A DNA stretch of 61,918 nt from a virus (lineage: Duplodnaviria; Caudoviricetes), in IMG/VR virus record IMGVR_UViG_3300037852_000239, positions 1 through 61,918 of that record; one strand, given 5' to 3'. This document shows, piece by piece, positions 54,843 to 61,918 of this stretch (position 1 is the first letter of the stretch; each line of letters begins with the position of its first letter). The translations under genes and the position numbers were made by a program. The notes under the pieces are model-generated. The model searched no databases. It was not told where the DNA came from and worked only from the letters and a program-made list of their open reading frames with translations.

Positions 54843-55655
54843 ATGGCCACTCGTCACACCTATCCGGGTAGCGCAGTCGTCTACCGCGGCCGATCAACCT
54901 TCGATGATCAACCGATCGTGGCCGTGGTCACGGGGTTGCGGCGATCGTCGAATAACCCGAAAACTGGACCTATGGCTCAGCTGTGGATCCTGCGCGCCGA
55001 TGTCAATCCGAATCGCGCGATCGAGACGCGGGCGGATTATTCCGTGTGCGGCGATTGTCCCCTGAGAGGCGATCGGCACGGGCGATCGCGCGCGTGCTAC
55101 GTGACGGTGAGCCATTCGCCCGGCTGGATCTATCGGGCGTTTCGCGCTGGGCGGTATCGGGAGTTGGAACCGGCCGCAGTGGCCAGGATCCTAGAATCGA
55201 CCGGGCGATCGATCCGACTGGGCGCCTATGGCGATGTCACCGCGATGCCGGTGTGGGTTGTGGATGAACTGGTGGGGAGTGGTAAAACTGGCATTCGATG
55301 GACGGGATATACCCACCAATGGCGCGATCACGTGGCGCAATTATTCAAACCGTACCTGATGGCCAGTGTCGACACGTTAGGGCAATCGCAGCGCGCGCAG
55401 GCAGCCGGATGGCGCACGTTTCGGACGCGAGTCGCAGAGTTGCCGTTGTTCCCCGCTGGTCTGGCCGCTGGCGAGATTGCGTGTCCCGCCGCCGCGGAAA
55501 GTGGACACAGCACCACGTGTGATCGGTGTGGGCTGTGCAACGGCGTGAGGCGATCGGGGGATCAACGGCGATCGATCGCGATTGTGGCACATGGGAACAG
55601 CGCGGTGCATTTTGCGAAGTGGGTGAGTAAACAGGAAATGGAGCGAACACAATGA
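54843..55655 (+). CDS. Cys-rich phage early protein, GP88/radical-SAM-like fold suspected
   Basis: N.KTG, SVCGDCP...ACYV, RLGAYGD, WTGYTHQW, MASVD, CPA...TCDRCGLC. Confidence 0.65.
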   Translation: MATRHTYPGSAVVYRGRSTFDDQPIVAVVTGLRRSSNNPKTGPMAQLWILRADVNPNRAIETRADYSVCGDCPLRGDRHGRSRACYVTVSHSPGWIYRAFRAGRYRELEPAAVARILESTGRSIRLGAYGDVTAMPVWVVDELVGSGKTGIRWTGYTHQWRDHVAQLFKPYLMASVDTLGQSQRAQAAGWRTFRTRVAELPLFPAGLAAGEIACPAAAESGHSTTCDRCGLCNGVRRSGDQRRSIAIVAHGNSAVHFAKWVSKQEMERTQ

Positions 55656-56014
55656 GCCAATGGCGACACGATCAACCGACTGGACTGTTAGTGTGCTGGG
55701 TGCATGCGGAGCACAAAACACGCGTGTACGTGTACCCAGAGTTCAAACGCCGGATCGTGTTCAGCCATCCGAGTAACAGCCACCCGGATGTTGACGAATG
55801 GCCGATCTTGTACCGGCGGGACGTGCCCAGCTTGACCGATGCCGAGTGGGTGGCGTGCCCGGGCGAAGGGTGGGCAGAACCGGACAACCGCGCGCGCCTC
55901 AAGCGGGCGTTTCCGGATTACTGGGTCAAGTATCAAGACTTGGCAGAGCTGGCCAAAAAGCGCCAGGCTGCCCCAGGCACCACGATCGCCCCGCCGACCG
56001 AGGAAACCTCATGA
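55652..56014 (+). CDS. hypothetical protein
   Basis: ATGA overlaps at both ends. Confidence 0.65.
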   Translation: MSQWRHDQPTGLLVCWVHAEHKTRVYVYPEFKRRIVFSHPSNSHPDVDEWPILYRRDVPSLTDAEWVACPGEGWAEPDNRARLKRAFPDYWVKYQDLAELAKKRQAAPGTTIAPPTEETS

Positions 56015-56220
56015 GCGCCCACAGCGCCCATGATCGCCCCAAGGCGCCCCCGCTGCAGGCACGCTGCCGCACGTGTGGCGACGCGCTGTCCCGTGCGAGG
56101 GTCCAAGCCACTCCGGACGCGGTGCAATGCGTGCCGTGTCTCGAGGCGGGCGGCGACGTGGCCCCGACGACGGCCAAGGATCTGGACCTGCCGATCGCGG
56201 ACGATATCGACTGGAGTTGA
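56011..56220 (+). CDS. TraR/DksA C4-type zinc-finger protein
   Basis: CRTCGDALSRARVQATPDAVQCVPC; GAGG RBS. Confidence 0.8.
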   Translation: MSAHSAHDRPKAPPLQARCRTCGDALSRARVQATPDAVQCVPCLEAGGDVAPTTAKDLDLPIADDIDWS

Positions 56221-56249
56221 GCCACACCCAGCGAAAGGCGAAAGTTTAG

Positions 56250-56274
56250 ATCCCCAGATGGGGGGTATTTTTTG
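56250..56274 (+). terminator. possible rho-independent terminator
   Basis: CCCC-AGAT-GGGG stem followed by TATTTTTT. Confidence 0.4.
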
Positions 56275-56490
56275 TGCGGGTACTTCAAAATCGCCTAATT
56301 TGCTAGGGAAACCATGAAAGAGTACCCGCCCAACTATGTGCGGGTACTCTGCGGGCTGCGGGGGACTTTCGCCGTCTATTCGCTCGCACAGAAAAGCGAA
56401 ACTGCGGGCGAAAGTGAGTACCGGGATAATATAGTACTTACTAGAGTGTGCCCGCACCCGCACACACCCCCAATCAGGTGCCCGCAATAC

Positions 56491-57477
56491 TTATAAAATC
56501 CTTGCGCGTTTCGCCCAGTGTGGGGGTGTGATGCGGTGCCAGCGTCCGTCATCGTCTTTGAGAATGATGCCACGATCCTTGAGCAGCGCAAACGCCCGTT
56601 CGAAGGTGCGTTCGCTGATCGAGAACGTGTGCTGGGCGAGGTCGGACCACTCGGTGTACCTCAGCCCATCGACAGGCAGGAGCTCGGCGATCTGGGTGGG
56701 GCGATCGGGATCGACGCCTACGTCATCCAGCCCGATGTAGGGCACAAACCATTGTTCGCGGGTGAATTTGTGCTCCTCGGGCTTGCTGTATCGGGGATTC
56801 CAGCCCAGCAGGTAGTAGGGTTGTTTGACCTCGGGGTCGACCAAGTAGATCTGCGTGTCCGAGTAGCCGCTGAACGCGCCACTGCCTGAGATGCGATCCT
56901 GCGGCCGGCGATACCGATCGTTCTTGTCGGCCTTTTGCTTCCCGAAGTGGGCCGTGCCGGTGATGTTGATCTGATACTCCTCGATCGTGCGTGAGAGGCG
57001 GATCAGACTCGCGGCGACGTCGCGCTGGGCGTTCGGCGATCCGCTGATGAACAACGGCGAGATGGGATCGATGATGAGGTGGCTGCCCGGGATGGGCTGG
57101 AGGGCGGTGAGGACGTGGCGGAGGAGATCCTTGCCGTGGGTGGACTTTTGGAGATCGTCGACGTTGAGCCCTGAGTCGGCGCTGACGACCGAGTAAAAGC
57201 TCAGCTGTTCAGAAAACCCCGCCAGCGCGTAAAAGTCTTCACGCAATAACCCGCGGTCGGCGCAGACGTAGTACACCCAGGTTGGTCCTGTAGTGGGGTG
57301 GGTGCAGATGGTCCGCCCGTCTCGCCAGCGGCGCAGCCACTCCAGCAGCATGGTGGTTTTGCCGACACCCGGAGCGCCAGCAAAAATAGTCAGGGTGCCG
57401 AAGGGGAGCAGCCCGGGAATCGGATCGGGCCAGGTGGTACGCGCGTTGCCGGACTGAGGATTGGCGGCGTCAGGCAT
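56491..57477 (-). CDS. AAA_25/RepA-like SF4 helicase with C-terminal winged helix
   Basis: GAPGVGKT, LIIDP, AHFGK, ISGSGAF; SERTFERAFALL...GII C-terminus. Confidence 0.8.
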   Translation of the reverse strand: MPDAANPQSGNARTTWPDPIPGLLPFGTLTIFAGAPGVGKTTMLLEWLRRWRDGRTICTHPTTGPTWVYYVCADRGLLREDFYALAGFSEQLSFYSVVSADSGLNVDDLQKSTHGKDLLRHVLTALQPIPGSHLIIDPISPLFISGSPNAQRDVAASLIRLSRTIEEYQINITGTAHFGKQKADKNDRYRRPQDRISGSGAFSGYSDTQIYLVDPEVKQPYYLLGWNPRYSKPEEHKFTREQWFVPYIGLDDVGVDPDRPTQIAELLPVDGLRYTEWSDLAQHTFSISERTFERAFALLKDRGIILKDDDGRWHRITPPHWAKRARIL

Positions 57478-57947
57478 GCGTCATGCCAGGATCGCCGCAT
57501 TGCGAGAGACTCATATCGGTTGGTTATCCCATCAGCTCGACCACGACAGCTAGACCACGGGCCCCCTTACAAAAAAATGGGGAGGGCGGTTGGCCGGCCA
57601 GCCAAGCCGCCCCCTGGGATCCATCCGACATGCACGAGCACGGCGATTGTGCCATGGTGGGCGCGGGCTTGTCAAGCGATGGGGGAATGTGATAGGGTCC
57701 AGCCTGTGAGCGTCTGGACGCCAACGCTGGCACTGCTCAGCCGAGTGTGGACGTGGCTCCGGCGTGGCCCACGCCAGTGGTTTTACTAACACAACGAGGG
57801 CGTGCGCCGAGCGTGCGCCGAGCGAGCGCCCGCACCAAAGGAGAACGGCATCATCATGGGATACACCGTGTGTTTCTGGATTACGAACATCTTTTGGGAC
57901 GTGGGAAGTTTGCTTGGATTATCCGGATTGAACCCCCGCGCGAGGAG

Positions 57948-58004
57948 AGGGTAGGCAACCATGACGGTGACCATCACCTTCGACGGCAAACATCTGGCCG
58001 ACAT
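57948..58004 (+). repeat. 57-bp direct repeat, copy 1 (upstream region + first 15 codons)
   Basis: Identical to 60417-60473. Confidence 0.9.
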
Positions 58005-58299
58005 TCCAGACGGGTCCACGCTGGATGTCAGTCTGAGCACAGGCGCGCCTCCGCCGCCGGCGCCGCCAGCGGTACGCCCCACGCAGGCGTTCGCCACGGC
58101 CATGACGGCGGATCAGGTGCGCGTGTTAGTCAATGAGTACATCGCGGCCGGCGGCGTGGCGAACATCGACAACGGGCAGTACTGGGTGCTGGCCTGGAGC
58201 GAGTGGGGCTCGGGCGATCCGGCGTACTTCCGGACGAAGCTCGAGGCCGGGATCGCGGGGCAACCGAGCTACAACGGGATCTACACGCCGCTGGATTAA
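57961..58299 (+). CDS. hypothetical protein
   Basis: RBS upstream; GC3-rich. Confidence 0.7.
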   Translation: MTVTITFDGKHLADIPDGSTLDVSLSTGAPPPPAPPAVRPTQAFATAMTADQVRVLVNEYIAAGGVANIDNGQYWVLAWSEWGSGDPAYFRTKLEAGIAGQPSYNGIYTPLD

Positions 58300-58323
58300 C
58301 CAGGGGTATGGCGCATAACGCCC

Positions 58324-58527
58324 ATGTTGGTGCTCCCCTACTTGATCGCCCATCACCTGGTGAAATGGTGCTGCACCTGTGCCACCTATCACGCCGTGAC
58401 GCTATTTGGGCCGAATCGGAGCCAGCCCGATGGGTTGGGGATTCACTGCCGTGCGGCGCATAATCGGCTGAGTCGTGAAACCCACGCCCGCCACAAGGCC
58501 GGGCATGGGGTCCGCGGGAAAAGTTAA
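58324..58527 (+). CDS. stand-alone zinc-ribbon resembling the N-terminus of HNH/EndoVII endonucleases
   Basis: KWCCTC...F.PNRSQPDGL..HCR. Confidence 0.5.
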   Translation: MLVLPYLIAHHLVKWCCTCATYHAVTLFGPNRSQPDGLGIHCRAAHNRLSRETHARHKAGHGVRGKS

Positions 58528-58585
58528 GGCGCCATGAAGCCCGTCTGCCGTGTTACGATCAGCCGTGAGCAATTGGTTCCAGCGT

Positions 58586-58810
58586 ATGGAGGCGCTCCTC
58601 ACGGCGCTCTCCCTCAAGGTGAACACCATCATGGCCACTGAACAGAATTTGCAGGACGACATGGACGCCATCAAGGCGGGGGTGGCGGCCCTCGCCGCCG
58701 AGATCGCGGCGCTCAAGGCGGCGGGCGCAGGCGCGGTGACGCAGGCGCAGTTGGACGCGCTGGACGCCGAAGCCAAGACCATCGTCGCGGGCACCACGTC
58801 AGGCGCGTAG
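58586..58810 (+). CDS. short coiled-coil protein
   Basis: MATEQNLQDDMDAIKAGVAALAAEIAALK...TQAQLDAL. Confidence 0.65.
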   Translation: MEALLTALSLKVNTIMATEQNLQDDMDAIKAGVAALAAEIAALKAAGAGAVTQAQLDALDAEAKTIVAGTTSGA

Positions 58811-58815
58811 GCGCG

Positions 58816-59139
58816 ATGCTGACGCGATTCGGCGCGTGGCTGACCTCGCTCGGCATCTCCCGGGAGGACATGTCGCTCGTATGGACGCAGTGGATCAGCG
58901 TGGCGACCATGATTGTGACCGGCGCCCTGAACCTGACCACGGTCGGGGAGCCCTTGGGCATCCACATCTCGCCGCCCGTCATGCACTGGATCATGGTGAT
59001 CTGCACGGCGTCGCTCTGGTTCGGGGCGAAGATGGCCGCGAGCCCGCTGTTCAACAAGGACCACACGGCGGCCATCGTGGAACTCCAGACCGCGGTGAAG
59101 GCTGACCAGCAAGCCGTCAAGGAGAACCCCCCATCATGA
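58816..59139 (+). CDS. two-TM membrane protein (holin-like)
   Basis: Two hydrophobic segments; charged C-terminus. Confidence 0.6.
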   Translation: MLTRFGAWLTSLGISREDMSLVWTQWISVATMIVTGALNLTTVGEPLGIHISPPVMHWIMVICTASLWFGAKMAASPLFNKDHTAAIVELQTAVKADQQAVKENPPS

Positions 59140-59663
59140 GAGGCGAGGGACCAGGGGCAGCGGCGCTGACGACCGCGTTGCTGTGCGTGTGCATCCTGGG
59201 CAGCGCGCAGCTCGGGCACTGCCAAACGTTCGATGCGTGGCCGCAGAACAAGCAGTCCATTGCGGACTATGTGTCAACGGGCATCGTGGCCGGGACGATC
59301 GGCGCGGACGTTCTCTATGAGACACATGAGGCGCGCCAGCAGGGGTTGTCGTGGCAAGCCGGGTTTGGCTGCCCCGCACTCAAATACACCGCGGTGAACC
59401 TCGCGGCGATTGGACTGAAGTCCGCCTTTCCTCGAGAGCGCCCCAACCACCTGAACAATCAGGATAGCTTCAGCGAGCACACCGCCAACGTGACGGTGAC
59501 CGCTGGGCCGTGGTGGGTGGACTTGGTCATGGGCGTGGTCGTGGGTTACTTCCGTGGCGCAGCGAACATGCACGATCTCGAAGGGGTGCTGGAAGGCTTC
59601 GGCCTTGGGCTCGCGACACGCGGCGGGGTCAGGCTGATTCCCGCGTGCCGGAGCCTGTCATGA
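59136..59663 (+). CDS. PAP2-family phosphatase-like membrane/secreted protein
   Basis: Signal-like N-terminus; K-x6-RP (KSAFPRERP), SEH for SGH, R-x5-H (RGAANMH). Confidence 0.65.
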   Translation: MRGEGPGAAALTTALLCVCILGSAQLGHCQTFDAWPQNKQSIADYVSTGIVAGTIGADVLYETHEARQQGLSWQAGFGCPALKYTAVNLAAIGLKSAFPRERPNHLNNQDSFSEHTANVTVTAGPWWVDLVMGVVVGYFRGAANMHDLEGVLEGFGLGLATRGGVRLIPACRSLS

Positions 59664-59730
59664 CGAGGCGTCTGACACGTGCGCACGCGGCGCTAGACAC
59701 GGCGGCGACGATCACTGGGGCCTAGTCACG

Positions 59731-59922
59731 ATGGACCCGCTCGCCGTGATCATGGCCGCGATTCAGTTGGCCTCGGCGTCGCTGGCCTTTGAGACGAAGG
59801 TCTGGGACGCGATGCCGCCTCCGGTCCAAGCCACCGCAGCCGTCGATGTGGCCACGTTCAATCACAACATCGCGACGTTCTTGATTGGGATCCAAACCAA
59901 GCTGAAGATCCCGGTGGCGTGA
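59731..59922 (+). CDS. hypothetical hydrophobic protein
   Basis: MDPLAVIMAAIQLA...; GC3-rich. Confidence 0.55.
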   Translation: MDPLAVIMAAIQLASASLAFETKVWDAMPPPVQATAAVDVATFNHNIATFLIGIQTKLKIPVA

Positions 59923-60116
59923 TGGCGGATGAACCACCCGCAAGCCGGGAGAGTAACTGGCACGCCGCTGGCCGCGCAGCGGTTCCAGCCGTGCCCGTCT
60001 CGGTACTGCGGGCACTCGCGCGTGATCTGAAAGCACGCTGCTGGGAGCCAGCGAACGTAGACGCGCTCGCGGATCATCTCGCCGTCCTCTGTGATGCCGC
60101 GGAGTCGAAGCCGTGA
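59922..60116 (+). CDS. VPVS.LRAL...LA.LCDAAE family micro-gene 1
   Basis: Shares flanking motifs with 60476-60634 and 61131-61310. Confidence 0.65.
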   Translation: MADEPPASRESNWHAAGRAAVPAVPVSVLRALARDLKARCWEPANVDALADHLAVLCDAAESKP

Positions 60117-60367
60117 TTTTCCGCCGTCGCGGCGATCGGCACGCCTACGAGTTTCGCGCGGCGGATTGTATGGGATTGTCGTGCTGGGCTGCCGGATTGT
60201 ATCAGCATCGATCGCCGATGGCTGGCGGGGGCTCACGGAATACGGGCAGTCCCGATTCGCCGTGCTGCTTAAATCGCGCCTATCACGGGTGTCCATCGCC
60301 CCTGCCGACGTTTCAACCGGTGCTGGCGACGCAGCGCAAGACAGAAGGCTGGAAGCTGATCCGATGA
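60113..60367 (+). CDS. hypothetical Cys-rich protein
   Basis: GTGA and ATGA coupling at both ends. Confidence 0.55.
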   Translation: MIFRRRGDRHAYEFRAADCMGLSCWAAGLYQHRSPMAGGGSRNTGSPDSPCCLNRAYHGCPSPLPTFQPVLATQRKTEGWKLIR

Positions 60368-60423
60368 ATCGCGCGGACCTCGCCGCCCTCTGTGACGCCG
60401 CGGAGAAAAAGAATGAAGGGTAG
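60364..60423 (+). CDS. 19-aa remnant of the same family (MNRADLAALCDAAEKKNEG)
   Basis: Only the 3' conserved motif is present. Confidence 0.4.
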   Translation: MNRADLAALCDAAEKKNEG

Positions 60424-60473
60424 GCAACCATGACGGTGACCATCACCTTCGACGGCAAACATCTGGCCGACAT
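60417..60473 (+). repeat. 57-bp direct repeat, copy 2 (truncated gene start MTVTITFDGKHLADIIE*)
   Basis: Identical to 57948-58004. Confidence 0.9.
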
Positions 60474-60475
60474 CA

Positions 60476-60634
60476 TTGAATAAAGATAAAGAACCATGTG
60501 TGCCCGTCTCGGCGCTGCGGGCGCTCCAACGGTATCAGGTGAGCGCCCGTGGGCGTTCCTGGGCGATGCAAGATGGCGAGTGGGTGAAGTGGGAAGACCT
60601 CGCCAAACTCTGTGACCAAAGCGGAGAACCCTGA
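60476..60634 (+). CDS. VPVS.LRAL family micro-gene 2 (TTG start)
   Basis: LNKDKEPCVPVSALRALQRYQVSARGRSWAMQDGEWVKWEDLAKLCDQSGEP; missing from the ORF track. Confidence 0.55.
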   Translation: MNKDKEPCVPVSALRALQRYQVSARGRSWAMQDGEWVKWEDLAKLCDQSGEP

Positions 60635-61027
60635 ATGACTAATCTCGGTGCGCGGATCGGGGACGGCGTCGACCTCATCTCGGAGGAGCGGGTGCGTCAA
60701 CTGACGGCAGGTTGGACGCCGGCACATGATGACAGCCACGACGACGGCGCGTTGGCGGCAGCAGCGGCGTGCCTCGCCGGTGAAGAAACGGCGGCGGCGT
60801 CCTCCATCTGGCCGGACGACGATCGGTCCTGGATCTACCAGTTGCGGGCCAAGCATGCGGTCCAAGGTCCGCGCGACTCGGCCCGGTGGACGCGGACCCG
60901 CGTGCGACAACTCGTCATCGCGGGCGCATTGATCGCGGCCGAAATCGATCGGTTGGAACGGCGCGCCCGTCCACTGGCAGCCTACGACCGCGCGCAGGCG
61001 GTCGACGAGACGCACGAGGCGAAATGA
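60635..61027 (+). CDS. conserved phage hypothetical protein
   Basis: I.EER.RQ...GWT..HDD.H..G.LA.AA.C...LV.AGALIAAEIDRL motif widespread in phages. Confidence 0.8.
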   Translation: MTNLGARIGDGVDLISEERVRQLTAGWTPAHDDSHDDGALAAAAACLAGEETAAASSIWPDDDRSWIYQLRAKHAVQGPRDSARWTRTRVRQLVIAGALIAAEIDRLERRARPLAAYDRAQAVDETHEAK

Positions 61028-61130
61028 TCGTCACCTGTTTCCCTCTGTGGACGGCCATGCAGTCCATCGATCGCGACGCGAACGACGGCTGGGTGGGTGT
61101 GTGCAAGGGCCGTCTCGACAGGAACAAGCC

Positions 61131-61310
61131 ATGAGCTATGAGTGGTCGGAGTCGCAGCAAGCCTTCGTGTTACGTGAGCCCGCCGTGCCCGTCTCGGCGC
61201 TGCGGGCGCTCCTGGATGAAATGGACAAGACTGCGCCGCAATTTCCGCAACGCCTCACACCGTGGATGCGGAAACTCGCCGCCCTCTGTGACGCCGCGGA
61301 GCCGAAGTAA
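61131..61310 (+). CDS. VPVS.LRAL family micro-gene 3
   Basis: MSYEWSESQQAFVLREPAVPVSALRALLDEMDKTAPQFPQRLTPWMRKLAALCDAAEPK. Confidence 0.65.
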   Translation: MSYEWSESQQAFVLREPAVPVSALRALLDEMDKTAPQFPQRLTPWMRKLAALCDAAEPK

Positions 61311-61314
61311 GGGC

Positions 61315-61342
61315 TTGACATCGTTTGCACAACGTGCATAAT
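61315..61342 (+). promoter_or_regulatory. sigma70-like promoter with a palindrome across the spacer
   Basis: TTGACA-16 nt-CATAAT; TGCAC-AAC-GTGCA at 61326-61338. Confidence 0.7.
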
Positions 61343-61397
61343 TAGGCGGAGTCAGTCATTGCCACACGGCGTCACAAGGAAGAAGGAGGTCCGTTAC

Positions 61398-61918
61398 ATG
61401 GCCGCACCCCCCAAACCCCATTGGTCCACGCGCCTTGCGCGTCTCCACGCGTGCGCGGACGCCATCGCGTTTGCCCGTGGCTATCCGACGTTCAGGGCGG
61501 CATGGCGAGCGTGCCCGCGTAGCGATTGGTTGATCTGGTGGTTGGCACGCACGGAACCCGCAGAGAGCCAGCCGCTACGGTGCATCGCGATCCGGTGTGT
61601 GCTCGCCATTCCACGCCGGAAGCCCATTGAAGGCTGGGATGAGTGGGCACGTAACTATCTCGCTGGGAAAGCCCGTAGCAATACGACATTACGGGATGCC
61701 GCATGGGCTGCCGCGGGGGATGCCGCGGGGGCTGCCGCGGGGGATGCCGCATGGGCTGCCGTGAGGGCTGCCGCGAGGGCTGCCGCGAGGGATGCCGCAT
61801 GGGCTGCCGTGAGGGCTGCCGCGAGGGCTGCCGCATGGGCTGCCGCGGGGGATGCCGCGGGGGCTGCCGCGAGGGATGCCGCGGGGGCTGCCGCGGGGGA
61901 TGCCGCGGGGGCTGCCGC
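61398..61918 (+). CDS. 5' part of the Ala-rich tetrapeptide-repeat protein (runs off the end and joins 1-423)
   Basis: AAGGAGGT SD; [49 protein letters not shown]... then AAW/AAG repeats. Confidence 0.85.
   Translation, partial: MAAPPKPHWSTRLARLHACADAIAFARGYPTFRAAWRACPRSDWLIWWLARTEPAESQPLRCIAIRCVLAIPRRKPIEGWDEWARNYLAGKARSNTTLRDAAWAAAGDAAGAAAGDAAWAAVRAAARAAARDAAWAAVRAAARAAAWAAAGDAAGAAARDAAGAAAGDAAGAA
61694..61918 (+). repeat. 12-bp tandem repeat, same unit as 1-362
   Basis: Directly visible. Confidence 0.95.

Noticed and set aside
59988-61301. Mini-CRISPR array
   Set aside because: Two alternating motifs, irregular spacing and in-frame coding with third-position variation; better explained as coding cassettes.

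Overview
The window looks like a complete or near-complete ~61.8 kb high-GC tailed phage genome, probably circular in assembly: the last 164 nt match the first 164 nt with one mismatch, and one Ala-rich repeat gene runs across the junction. The + strand arm (53.4 kb -> end -> 13.9 kb) carries early/accessory and replication genes: DUF932-like, TraR/DksA-type zinc finger, PAP2-like, Cas4-like nuclease, Sak4/AAA_24-like ATPase, PIF1-like helicase, two cold-shock-domain genes, a frameshifted methylase-like gene, a frameshifted HNH gene and a split UDG-exonuclease-PolA. The - strand arm (52.7 -> 14.0 kb) is a podovirus-like morphogenesis arm: terminase, portal, scaffold, major capsid, adaptors, a nozzle-like protein, three beta-helix proteins, a LamG-like protein, ejection-type proteins, holin candidates and a lysozyme. 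I found no integrase, primase, tRNA, CRISPR array or reverse transcriptase. The most notable observations are: (i) a ~33-37 aa YPxDLRT repeat module present 21 times across three virion-region proteins; (ii) an array of micro-genes with conserved DNA flanks and unrelated centres; (iii) several apparently overprinted ORFs; (iv) candidate structured RNAs in the scaffold/capsid leader regions; (v) a split PolA with an atypical motif B. All protein calls come from motif recognition by eye; no database search was run.
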